A stretch of 64,000 nucleotides of DNA from Octopus vulgaris (lineage: Eukaryota): the NCBI GenBank assembly GCA_951406725.2, contig OX597825.1, positions 2,914,001-2,978,000 of the forward strand, written 5' to 3'. Below, one piece after another: positions 27,473 to 39,991 of the stretch. The translations under genes and the position numbers were made by a program. The notes beneath the pieces are model-generated. The model did not search any database, was not told where the DNA came from, and worked only from the letters and a program-made list of their open reading frames with translations. Every line of letters begins with the position of its first letter. Within the stretch, counting starts at the first letter, position 1.

Positions 27473-27878
27473 AATTTCAACAGTGTATATATATATAATC
27501 TTTCCTAATAAATCAGTAAATATTTATAAGTTATTTTACCTCGATGACTACTTGAATTGTTTTTGAGTGTATGTTGTCTGGGAGGTTTTCTTATAGTAGA
27601 AGAAATAGCGAGGATCTTTGGCTGCTATTTCTAAAGTTCGGTATGTAGTGAAGCAAATCTTTTGCTAAAACCTAATTATAATTATACCAAAAGATTTGCT
27701 TCACCACATACCGAACTTTAGAAATAGCAGCCAAAGATCCTCGCTATTTCTTCTACTATAAGAAAACCTCACAGACAACATATACTCAAAAACAATTCAA
27801 TTAGTCATCGAGGAAAAATAACTTATAAATGTTTACTGATTTATTAGGAAAGATTATATATATACACTGTTTGAAATT
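27473..27878. repeat. Near-perfect ~190-bp-arm hairpin
   Basis: 27473-27664 is the reverse complement of 27688-27878 with only scattered mismatches and a 23-nt loop. Adjacent to (TA)n. The inner arm is homologous to 9455-9545. Confidence 0.95.
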
Positions 27879-30814
27879 GAACTACTAATGGTATTTCAAC
27901 CTCGTTCCCTTTCCTCGTATCGTGTGTTGCGACCAATTAACCATTCATAAAAAATTGCATTATGTCACTTTGCAGCCAATACGTCAATTATGAAGAGGAG
28001 TAGATTACGAAATATATAAAGATGTATTTACTTCCGACTTCCTCTATGTTGTAGGTATACATTTTTGGATGTTGAATGTCATGTCTAAAGTGTATACGCA
28101 CATGTAGTCGTCTTCAAAATTGCTATATAATGAGAGATATTTTTGAACATGTTAATTAAGTGATACGCTTTGCTTGAACCAATTATTTGTTTGTATACAG
28201 TTCCAGATCACCTGCAGGTAATTCAATTATTCAAAATTACAAAAACTATTTAGTGTAATAAGTTTAAGTATAGGTGTGATTTCGAACGTAAAAAAATCTA
28301 ACGTGATTCGCTTCTTCGATAAGTTTACAGTAAGGTTTACATCTCTATTTCCCTAAATATATATAATCATAAGCGTACGCATGCAAGCATAATAAAGTGA
28401 AATACTAATTTTGAAATTATTTTTTACAGAAACATTACTTCTAATAATCCGATGCTGCATTCTGTATAAACAAAATGCAGCAAGAAAATTTAAAATATGA
28501 GGAAAATAAAGACGTGTCCCACATTTGCATAACATACTGATGGAGGCATAAAGTGGTTAATCAACCGAGTCTATTGTATTTATTGTCACATAAACAGCGT
28601 TTGTCTTTCAAAGCCTGTCTGGAAGCAAACAGCTCATCATTTAGATAAATACTGCGTAATATGTAATACACTAAGACAGCTCAAGCTATCAAATATATCA
28701 TCTTATCCCAAGAAAGACTTTCGAATTAAATAAATACAGCCAAGCTGATATTTGAGAATTTTTTCTCCTTAATTTGATACTTGTTATAATATATCCTGAT
28801 CAATTTGCTTTTCAGCAAGACAAATGAAAAGTTACTTGTTATTGGGTCGATTACATTCTTCTTCTTCTCAGATAACGAAATTCAATTTAAACAAATAAAA
28901 CAATTAATTTAATTTACTACTTCAATACAGCCGTTGACGCTTTCTTTTCTTTTTGTTCTTCACCCTAGATTTAAAATGGAAATTTCATTAATAGAAGAAA
29001 TAGTTTGCGGCATAAGTAAATATAGCAGTTACCTGAATATTAAATATCTGTAAAATCTCAATTTATTTGATTTTATCTTTGCTGTATACATTTTTTATTG
29101 GTCAGGTTGGAGGTATAATATTCCATATTACCATACTGGTTTCTCAGGTGCGAAGTTTAATATTTCTTTTAGCTGTATCCATACTGCCGCTGGCGTGGTT
29201 TCATATTTCGATCTTCATTATATTCTCCTGTAACTAACAGATCAGCATAATATCAACTATGTTCTTTAAACATTCCTCTGCTGCTGGCATCTTGTTTTCC
29301 CTCTCCCTGTTCCTTTAATACCACCAGAACTCCACAGTACTCACCGCAAATACCTTCCTTAGCGCAAACATAATCTGCGTTAAAATAACGTAATTTACGT
29401 TCAAGATTCATCTCCATAATCACAACAAATTATGCATTGACATATTTTGACATATCTTGATAAACTTTAATATAAGAATCTATTCAAAGTTTCAATTGTT
29501 CAATATGAATAACATCCAATTAGTTTTAGAAATATAAAAACATACATCCCACAATAATTAATTCTGATAACATTCAAATTATATTTCAAATATAAATTAA
29601 GAAATCGTGTACGACTCTGAAACCTAGTGTGCATACGCTTTGTTGTATTGAATAGTGTATATCCATTTCTTGAGGGAAGAACTTCACTTTATATTCTCTA
29701 GGTAGAAAATGTCAAAGTAAACTGAATATTATAATTCATAATTAATTATTCGTTGTAAACGCAATTCAGACTCAGTGGAAAATATTGTTATACATATGAA
29801 CTAGAATACAACAAAAGTAACCAGATTATGTATATTTCTGTTTGTTGAAGGAGGTTTGATATGTTAGGAGCAGACAATTTCGAAACCTTATAGATATAAC
29901 TGAATACCGCAAATTCACTAAAAGACATAGAATGTAAATTTCCTCAGCCGAATATTTTCGATAGCTTTCTTTTAACAATGTCTAAAGGAATGATTGTCAC
30001 ACGAAACTAAACATTTTACTGAAAGACACGATAAATGTGATTCAAAAATTCCACGTTAATTCCCTTGATACATGGATAAGTGGAGCAAACATTGATATAG
30101 AAATAAATGCTTCTGAGAAATCACAGCGCATATTAAGTGATGACGTTTTGTGCCGGTGGGATAAATAGAGGAAACTAAGAATATAATATAACGCGTAGCA
30201 TATATTTGGTTCGACAACTTCCTGCAATATTTAACCCTACGTAATTACACTGGCAGTACTTAGGTTTTATGTACATTTTAACAAATCATAATTCACAAAG
30301 CTGCAACACTGGGGGGAATGATATTGGATACACGTGATTTTAAAATAACATAAAATGAAACAAACAAAACAGAATAAACAAAATGATATCATCGCAAATA
30401 CCTCCATCACAATTTTGATATCAGCGATGCTATCTCTTGTATCCTTCACACGAACCGGTTCTCTTGACATACAGGCTAGCACCTCAGTATACAATTGACT
30501 TACGATGCGAAACATAGTTCTTTGAACATTTCTACACACAACCACATCCATCCTGAAAACAACTCACAAAACTACACTGACATACTGCTTCCATAGATGC
30601 AGAAACGTCATGAGAACACGCCACTTCTTCATCACAAAACCCCTCAGAGAACATCATTAAGACTTGGGCATTAACCAGTCCTCATTCCTTCCCTATTACT
30701 CCCCTATTTATAATAAGGGTCAAATTCATAAATGATCAAAATCTTACTTTCCCCATAAAATACGAAAGCTAATACAGTTTACCTCGTCATATATATATAT
30801 ATATATATATATAC

Positions 30815-31163
30815 GTTTTAATTGTTTCAGTCATTTGACTGTAGCCATGCTGGAGCACCGCCTTTTAGTCGGACACATCGACCCCAGGACTTATTCTGTG
30901 TAAGCCTAGTACTTATTCTATCGGTCTCTTTTGCCGAACCGCTAAGTTACGGGGATGTAAACACACCAGAATCAGTTGTCAAGCGATGTTTGGGGGGACA
31001 AACACAAGCACACAAACACATACACACACAAACATATAGATACGTATATACGACGGGCTTTTTCAGTTTCCATCTATCAAATCCACTCACAATAGTAGAA
31101 GACACTTGCCTAAGGTGTCACGCAGTTGTAGGCAAGCTACTTACCACACAGCCACTCCCACGC
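30815..31163 (-). mobile_element. SINE with internal microsatellite (family of 20955-21490)
   Basis: gtttcagtcatttgactgtagccatgctggagcaccgcc...atcgaccccaggacttattc...(CA)-rich tract...acgacgggctttttcagtttcc...cttaccacacagccactcc. Confidence 0.85.
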
Positions 31164-31557
31164 CTATATATATATATATAGGAAGAAGCATTGGTTATAG
31201 AACAGACATTAAATTTGGGTCATCGACTTTGTATATAACACCACACCTCAAACATTTAGTCATATAAATATCACCTTGGTTCTTAAACTCATAAAAAATA
31301 TATATACATAAAAAAATACAAAAGGTAAACATATATATTATCATAAAATAAAATAAAACACAAGTACAAAGGCCTATCAAAAAGGTAAATATAAACGACT
31401 AAAAATTCATAAACTAACAAAAAAACTAAGAGGCAGAGATAAAATAAATGTCCAACGACTAAAACTGTTTTATCAAACGATTAAAAATATTTGAAAAAAG
31501 TAATTTTACTCCCCTCACAAAAGTACATCCAAAGTTCATAAATAAACATCAATGGCG

Positions 31558-31619
<62 letters not shown>

Positions 31620-31795
31620 TCTTAATTATATTAAAGAGTACACAGAACACCAGCTTATTATAAAGTGGGAGTAAAAACTGACAACTTAACCACAAATCTT
31701 ACTGAAAATATGAAACAGACCAACAGAAAGCAGGCAAATGAGTGGAATTTAATATGTCTCAGCTAAAACACCGTAGAATAAGGTAACAGATATAA

Positions 31796-31844
31796 CTGGA
31801 TCATGATTTCGAATTCTGGTTAGTGCCACAATTCTTTCCAGCAG
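31796..31844 (-). ncRNA. Hammerhead motif, core partly decayed
   Basis: Minus strand reads ctg-CTGGAAA-gaatt...aattc-GAAA-tcatga-TC-cag. All three stems form; the core has two transitions versus CTGAAGA. Confidence 0.6.
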
Positions 31845-31877
31845 ATCTTGTACCTAAAATGAAAAATCCACCTCATA

Positions 31878-31923
<46 letters not shown>

Positions 31924-31963
31924 TATACATATGGGAATGTATGTGTTTATCTATAATAATTTC

Positions 31964-32007
<44 letters not shown>

Positions 32008-32011
<4 letters not shown>

Positions 32012-32167
32012 GATGGGCTTCTTTCAGTTTCCATCTACCAAATCCACTCACAAGGCTTTGGTCGGCCCGAGGCTATAGCAGAAGACACTTGCCCAAGATG
32101 CCACGCAGTGGGACTGAACCCGGAACCATGTGGTTCATAAGCAAGTTACTTACCACACAGTCACTCC

Positions 32168-32170
<3 letters not shown>
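32008..32170 (-). mobile_element. 5' (tRNA-like) half of the second SINE family
   Basis: acgatgggcttctttcagtttcc...gacacttgcccaagatgccacgcagtgggactgaacccggaacc...cttaccacacag, with the B box on the minus strand (ggttcagtccc). Confidence 0.85.
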
Positions 32171-32258
<88 letters not shown>

Positions 32259-33567
32259 ATTTGTGTGGGTATTTGTGTTTTAAGTCTGTATGTGCGTATA
32301 TTCTATGAATTACAATATATTGTATTCCTCTAACAAAATAAGTAATTTTAACATTAATTTTAATATAGAAAACGATATAATAACAATATTGGAATTTCAA
32401 GAAATTTTAAAAGTTGTGTTATTCTATCATGAATAATCTTGAATGTTATAATAGCAATTTATTTCTAATTTTATCGTAGAATCTACCCTAAATATTTCTA
32501 CCATTATATTGTTTAAGCAGTGGATTATTAACGTATTGCTATAAATTGAAATCCCTGGAAATAAGAAATTTTTATATATTTATATAATAAAATAAGTTTA
32601 GATTAAGTTTTTCTTGCATAAATAATATTCATTGTACACCATATTACAAAAGTACTTTGTAGATTATTTTGTAAAATATGTCCCTTTTATTATTCCGTAA
32701 ATACAAAACATTACGATATAGAGTTGCTATAAAAAAGTAGGTAACCTGAATTTTAACTGAGATGTCTTTTAGTATGCGAAAGTATAATTATGAAAAGGAC
32801 ATTATGAAGACAGTGATATAATTTGTTTTGGATTATTGCTTAATTCAGCATTTATTTAATTTCTACTGAAATATTGTTATTATGATATTGTTAATATTAT
32901 CATTTTTAGGGAGATTCTTTCTTACATAACCTACATAATTTGAAAGATTAATCTTTAATTTTTAATAACGATTATTATAAATAATTAATGTAATCTAGTT
33001 TGTAATATTACTTACTGTTCGTCTAGAGATTATATAGTATTCTAAATATATTATTCTGTTACTTACCAATAGTTAAAAAAACGTATTATTATAAAAACAT
33101 GTATTTTCATATCAAAAAAATGAAAGGGTTATTTCTTATTTAACAATGGCCTTTTTTGAATAGATTAACAAAAAATCTTTTTGGTTCCTTGCAAATAGAA
33201 AAAAAAATACACTAAGATATATTTAGAATATCATTCTTAATAGCATGCAGATATAGTTCATGTTTTATTTTTATCCTTGTTTTCGTTTGTTTATTCAAAA
33301 TGCTCACGCCTGTGAAGAAATAGTTTTAAGTTCAGTCTTATTGGCTCTCAAATCATAATATAGATATGAAATTACACAGAAGATATTCTTGGTAAAAACG
33401 CCAATGAATTTTTATAATTATATTATGCTCAAGAATTGGAACATTTGTATGTGATTTATATTTGATATTTATCATTGCATTATAAGAATAAACTATAAAA
33501 TACCCTTATGCAAAGAAATTTTATATTTTAAATTTTGAATTGCCAACTGTTTTTAATGTCCGTTATC

Positions 33568-33660
<93 letters not shown>

Positions 33661-35319
33661 AAGTCTGTATATATGTATATAGAGAGATCCCAAATTGTCT
33701 GTCTAGAAGTGTTGGTTTGAGCCAGCAGCACTTGCTTTACATGATAAATTGGATTTAAAAAACATAGCGTATTTGCCACGTCTAGTGTAATGTCCATCGT
33801 TTAGGAATGAATTCTTATTCAGTTGATAGAAGAGAAATTAATGAGAAAGAGTCGGGTTTTACATCTGTTAGTTTACAATAATTGTCTGTAATTGATACGG
33901 AATACAGGACAGCAGCTGTCTAATATATGAACAGAAGTTGTGAGAGACAGGAGTGTGGCAGATAAAAAAGTCATGAAGAATAGAATGAGTAGAGTATTCA
34001 GCCAATGTCGTCAGTTGTGCGAACGGAAAATTCGGTTTGAGCGTAGAGTTTAATTACTCTAAATGTCTTAATGAACTAACTAAGAATATATGGCTAGAAG
34101 AAAACACATTAACTTAAAACTTTCAGCAACCTGGTTCGATCGTGAAACATTGTGCCTCCCGTTTCCGCGATAATTTTGGGCGAAAAGGTTAAGATGTTGA
34201 ACACTATTCATTGATAGAATGGCTTGTATACTTGAATTCGTTTTACTCCCCAAACCATTCGGGACGGCTAGAGTCTGTTTCCCAAATTTAATGAGCAATC
34301 CTAAGTTAGCTAGATTCTGTTCCTCATTCCGTTTCTCCTGTACATTTCCCCATTTTGTCTGTGTCTCCCAGCACTTTCTCAAACTCTTACGGTTCTCCAA
34401 CCCTATAATCTGCAGCCAAATGTGCTCCTTGAGTGGATAAAAACTCTGCTGTCTTTTCCTTAATTTCTCTCTATTTCCCTGGCAAAGGACTCTGTCAGAA
34501 ACCTAAGTTCTTATATTCTCAATAGTAATTAAATTATAGTTCTTTTCTTGACTTTAGTAAAGCTTCTCAATACATATATTGTAGCAAAAATATTCCCTAT
34601 TAATTTCTAATTATGCTCTGTCGGTTTATGCGCGAAATACGGAACTGTTTCAACATTTTTCTACTGTCTGCCGTGTTTGTTCGTATTTTGTGGGCAAACA
34701 TTTCACAGGTCCTAGTACCCTACTATTCATCTATCAACACCTATATACCTATCATAAACGTCTAATCCTTGTTATGTTTCTCATAACCGGAAACTACGAC
34801 GGGTGTATGAAATATTGTGTACCTCAAAACGACAAAACATGGTACAAGACTTCTGATGAAGGTACAAGACTTCAAGTCTCAAAGGTCTTGAAAGCTCAAA
34901 TCTTTTCAAACACCCCTCGTATAGGCTAGGTTAACAAAGCAGTGGATTTTCTGATATCGTTGATTCTGAAAAGAATTGTATTTTAGAAATATTCTACAGA
35001 CATTTTTGTCCGGAAAGTATATTAATAATTAAATAAGTTTGGTTGTACGATTATATGATTATGTGAACGTTAAGTTAAAATCAATGATCGCCACGGGACT
35101 ATTAAGTTCTTGTATAAACATTAATTCAATCAATTTAAAATCTGCCCCAAAGGATTGAATACATTTGTGACAAATGCAACAGTCTTTATCTAAAAATATA
35201 TCGCTTTCTTTCAAGAAAACACGCAAAATTGAAATTTCGGCTTTCGGTATAAATTCTTTTACAGTAATCTAGGAATGTTCTGATAAACATGTTGCTGCTG
35301 CTACCGCTTCTACTTCAGC

Positions 35320-35331
35320 TACAACAACAAA

Positions 35332-35368
<37 letters not shown>

Positions 35369-35453
35369 TCAATACAACTACTGCTGCTGCTGTTACTACA
35401 ACTACTACTACTTCTACTATTATTACAACTACTGCTGCTGCTGCTACTACTAC

Positions 35454-35487
<34 letters not shown>

Positions 35488-35538
35488 GCTACTACTACTA
35501 CTAACAACAACAACAACAAAAACAACAACAACAACAAC

Positions 35539-35570
<32 letters not shown>

Positions 35571-35588
35571 TAAAAATAACAATAATAA
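35320..35588. repeat. Compound trinucleotide microsatellite (ACT)n/(GCT)n/(AAC)n/(AAT)n
   Basis: Directly visible. Explains the poly-S, poly-V and poly-L ORFs here. Confidence 0.97.
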
Positions 35589-35592
35589 GCAT

Positions 35593-35797
35593 GATCCATT
35601 CCACTATAGGTACAAGGCCTGAAATTTTGAGGGAGGGGCCAGTCGATTACATCGGCACGAGTACGCATCCGGTTCTTAATTTATTGACCCCCGAAAGGAT
35701 GAAAGGCAATGTTATTCACGACGACATTTAAATTCAGAACCTTGCAGCAGACGAAATAATGGTAAGCATACCCCTAGCGTGCTAACGATTCTGCCAA
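35593..35797 (-). mobile_element. SINE (Nin/Inv-like core family)
   Basis: agtcgattacatcg...ttaatttattgacccccgaaaggatgaaaggc...gtgctaacgattctgcca. Confidence 0.8.
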
Positions 35798-36045
35798 AGG
35801 GACTCGTTCTCACCTTTGATATTTGTCTTCTGTTTGATCCCACTCGGTTTAGTATTAAAGAAGGCAAAGGCAGAGTATTATTTCAGAAATAGTAAAGGAA
35901 ACGTTACCCATTTGCTCTACATGGATGCCTCGAGGCATTTTAGTAAGAATGAGAAAGAGATAGATTCATTTATACAAGCTGTAAGACTCTTCAGCAAAGA
36001 TATAGGTATGGGATTTGGCATAGATAAGTTTGCAATATCAGTCAA
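35798..36045 (+). mobile_element. R4/Dong-like reverse transcriptase fragment
   Basis: DSFSPLIFVFCLIPL...VTHLLYMDASRHFSKNEKEIDS...FSKDIGMGFGIDKFA (cf. GDSLSPLLF...HLLYMDDLKL...DIGMEFGLDKCA). The second catalytic D is mutated. Confidence 0.88.
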
Positions 36046-36939
36046 GACAAGACTTTGCTTATGAGATTCCAAGTAAAGGTGAAAACGTTTAAGGGAGATA
36101 TCAGTGGCAAAAAAGATGGAAATCGACCACAATGTTTTAGCCATGTGCACGGCAAAAAATCAGTAGCAATGACGAAGACAGTATCATTTACAAGAGCAAT
36201 AATAATAGCGTACATAGTGCCCAGTAGAATCACCAAAAAATACTGCCTTGCAACAGAAACAACAGTGTAGCCAAAAATATATGTCCGTCGTTCATAAATA
36301 AATGCCCGACGTTCGTTGAAATATGAAATCCTCTACATTTATGCACTCACTGATGCGGAGTTACTTCTGATTGCAATGCAAATCTTAACCTTATACTCTG
36401 AAAGTTCACTAAGACAAGAGTTCCAGGTGAGTTCTCCGCGATAGAACTTTGTTTTGAAGAATGAGATAGAGTCACCGTCGCTGTCAATATTCCACAACAT
36501 TATGCCCCCAAAATACAAGACTTAAAAGCAAAAAGATGATATTTTTGTCTCCATCCCTTTGAACTGTTACCTTGGAAGCAACCAAACTACTAAACATTTC
36601 TTCTAAAAGCCACAGAAGAAATCATAAATATTTTCATTTGACTCATCTGACATCTCTTTTCTGTGGCCACAAGCCACTGCGAAAATCAATATTTTGCGAT
36701 TGGTGCAGATCACAGGTATTTCTTTCACATGTCACCTTCGCAGTTACACAAGTTTTTGAGCAGAATTTATTTTAAAACATTGAGTTCCATTGTAGTTTAT
36801 TCATGAACAGAACGGTTACTTCATCCTTCACGTTGCTTTTCTTTTCACTGGAGTTCTTTCTTCTAGAGAAAATTTATGCATTTGTGCTTGTGGTGAAGAG
36901 TGTTCTGTCCGAGTTTTATTAGCAGAAAGATAATTGCTA

Positions 36940-37110
36940 TAGTAGACACCAATTAAGGAAATACATTTTAGTACATATCAGGTATCTATTTTCTCTAATG
37001 CAGAAAAATAAAAGGTAAATTTGACTTCGATTGAATTTGAACATAAAAAGTAATGAGATGCACCTAAATACAGTGAGGTAGTTTATCCGTTGCATTAGCT
37101 ATTGTGCAAA
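36940..37110 (-). mobile_element. Highly decayed SINE (Nin/Inv-like core family)
   Basis: aaaggtaaatttgacttcgattgaatttgaacata resembles aaaggcaaagtcgacctcggcggaatttgaactca. Confidence 0.45.
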
Positions 37111-37659
37111 TAATTACTAAATACATATTTCAAGGAAAAAAAATCAGTTTAATTTTGGATGTGTTTATTTATTTTTATTATTCAGCAACACAAACATTAT
37201 TTCAATTTATTATTTAACAAAAGTTTTATTTCATTGCATTCTTCAATACAGACGTTTTTATTGTCGCTTATTATTATACAGCGACATAGCATTTATTTAA
37301 GTTATTCATAAAAATATCTTTCTTAAAGACGTCGCATATTTTTCAACATATATTTATTTCAGTTAGTTTTTCAACATGTATTTATTTTTTCATTTTAATT
37401 TGTTCTTCAAGAAATTGTTTACAGTCTACATTTTCGAAGTCACGACGGTAAACGATATGTTTCATTTTATAGTACAATACAGAAACAGGACATGTTGATG
37501 GTGGTTATTCAACTTGGACTAAATAGCATACCGATCCCTTCCTGCAGTGAACATCTAGAATAGAGATATATTGTTATGAAAACAAACTACAAATGAGCTA
37601 AAATTATTTTATTTTCTGAAAGATTAACGTTCACAATTTCAGATATAAGCTTTTATTGC

Positions 37660-38250
37660 AATGACCTTAATATTCGGGAAAGAAATCGTTGCTTGTGTCC
37701 ATAGGTTGAGCGGTGACGAGCAATCAAACCAGCGGAGATTGTGGCTCGTTGATTTTTGTTGTTGTCACTTAAAACATGTGGAACCCATGCTCCATGCATC
37801 TGAACCTTTGCCATCAAGTGAAGATGCTTCTCTATAGCAGTGTGGGAGAATTCCATTTTCTCTGCCAGTTCCCTTGTTGTTTGACGAGAATTTTCGTGCA
37901 AAAGTTGGTTTAATCGCTCTTCATCGAACTCAATTGGACGGCCAGAATGCGGTGCATTTGTGAGGTCGAAATTACCACTTTTGAAATCGGCATAGCAATC
38001 ACGAGCGGTTCTTTCAGCTATGACACTTTCCCCATACACAGTACAGATGTCGCGAGCAGCTTTTGCGGCCTTAGAACCTTGATTAAAAACAAAAAGAAGG
38101 AGGTGTCAAAAATTCTCGTTTTTCTTAACTTGACATTCCATTATAAGGATTTGAAAATAAACAAAAATTAACTAAATTAACTAGAAATAAAAACAAAATA
38201 GATTCCAAAATGATCCAAAAATAGAATTCTCGAACAAAATGTAAAAACCA
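37660..38250 (-). mobile_element. Mariner transposase 5' half, 3'-truncated
   Basis: YGESVIAERTARD...FKSGNFDLTNAPHSGRP...TTRELAEKM...GAWVPHVLS gives the two HTH motifs and the WVPHxL linker. ATG near 38140 with a frameshift; the catalytic domain is absent. Confidence 0.92.
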
Positions 38251-38519
38251 GCTCATAAGGACCGGTTTCCCGCTCTCCTTAGCGTATAGGTTCCCAACCT
38301 GGACGGGACGAAGGTCTGTCATAGGTTAGCTGCAAGAGGAAAGATTGAGAGAAAGTTGTGGCGAAAGAGTCAGCAGAAGTTCGCCATTACCTTCTACCAG
38401 CGCCGCGTGGCTCTTGGGTGTTTCGCTCATAAATATACACATCACCTGGTCTGAGATTCGAAATCGCGATCCCTCGACCGCGAGTCCGCTGCTCCAAACA
38501 CTAGCCCATGTGCCTCCAC
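38250..38519 (-). mobile_element. Third SINE family, tRNA-derived (possibly Octopus OR-type, tRNA-Arg-like head)
   Basis: Minus strand head gtggaggcacatgggctagtgtttggagcagcggactcgcggtcgagggatcgcgatttcgaatctc has A/B-box-like motifs and a tRNA-like layout, followed by a GC-rich body. Confidence 0.8.
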
Positions 38520-39931
38520 TTCTCATCATGTATGTTACATAAATTATTTAAGTTATAAATTTTGTACATACTAATATTATAAGTACTCACTAACGTGAGT
38601 AGTGCAGTTTTCTATCCGAAAAATGGTATTAGCACTTTTTATTAAGGATTTTGTATAAGCCATTGAATTTATATCACGCTTTAGAATCTGTTGGAAATGT
38701 AAACCTTGAACTCATATACGGAGATACTGAATTATATGATAACTGATATTGATATACAAATAAAGGTTTTGTATTTGTAGCCAGATTTTTATCTAGAGTT
38801 ATATATTCGCTAATTAGGTAGTTGAGATCACATCTAACAATGAAAATCTTTCTTTTCATTTTCCAGCTTCGAGTGGGGTGATGATATTCAAAGACAGGTT
38901 TGGATTTTCCTTCTCCCTTACCCTAACCCTAACCCACCCCCATCACATATTCTGAGAAATGTAGTGGTGTGTCTATCAAAGATATATTCGTTTTCTACTT
39001 ATTTATTAAATTCATTTTTAGACTGCAATATTTATCTACTCATATTTTTCAAATATTTGAATATTATTTACATTTGATTTACCATTTCATGCTTTTTTTT
39101 ATTAATAAAGATAAACAAAAGGAATGATTGTCGCCATTTACAAGTGTAAACCAGGAATTGCAGGAAATGTGTTTCTAGAAAGAAATAACAACTTCACAAA
39201 ATTCTATTTCTATTTGACCAAACACTCAGAAAAACAAGAATAATTTCCCTACATGAACACAGAAAAAAAATTTGTGCACAAAAGAACAAAAAGACATTTA
39301 GAAATGAAACTAAAAATACGTAGGTCTGGCATATTTTGTTAATATTGTATGATTTGAAAGTGCTTGTGGCTTTAAACCATAGGCGAAAAGGATTGAAGTG
39401 AAGAAAACGATAAAATAAATAGATGTGGAGTATTTTACATTGGATAACTGTCAATTCAGATTTCATATTGATCTTCTGCTCCTTTTCAAGGTAAAAAAAA
39501 AAACTGGAAAACAGTAATTTATCGTAGTGCCAATTCAATTGCGAAATTGTTTAGAAATAGACATGATTCTCCTTGTAGTATTAAGATAGTAATAGGAAGA
39601 AGGTTTGACCAGGTAGTAGATTTTGGAAGAAGCGCATTAAATCAGCGAACGAAATTTCTCGAAACGCACACACGCACACACACAGATAGGAACACACACA
39701 CGCACAAATCACACACATACACACACGCAACATACAAATATACACAACTTCATTCCTGCAAAGTAAAATATTACTTGGGGAAAAATAGAAAAGAAAGAAA
39801 CAATTTGCTTCGAAATAATGCTGTATATGTCCTTTATCTTTTTTATATACGAAGCATATTGACACAATGATGTTTTTGGGGATGTATAATGAAAATCACA
39901 GACAAAATATAGTAATAATTTCTGTCAATTT

Positions 39932-39991
<60 letters not shown>

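Noticed and set aside
28201-28217. Possible 17-nt micro-exon (tacag|ttccagatcacctgcag|gtaatt)
   Set aside because: Weak pyrimidine tract and donor; such matches are expected by chance in 64 kb.
38919-38936. ccctaaccctaaccc telomere-like repeat
   Set aside because: Only about two units; not an interstitial telomeric array.
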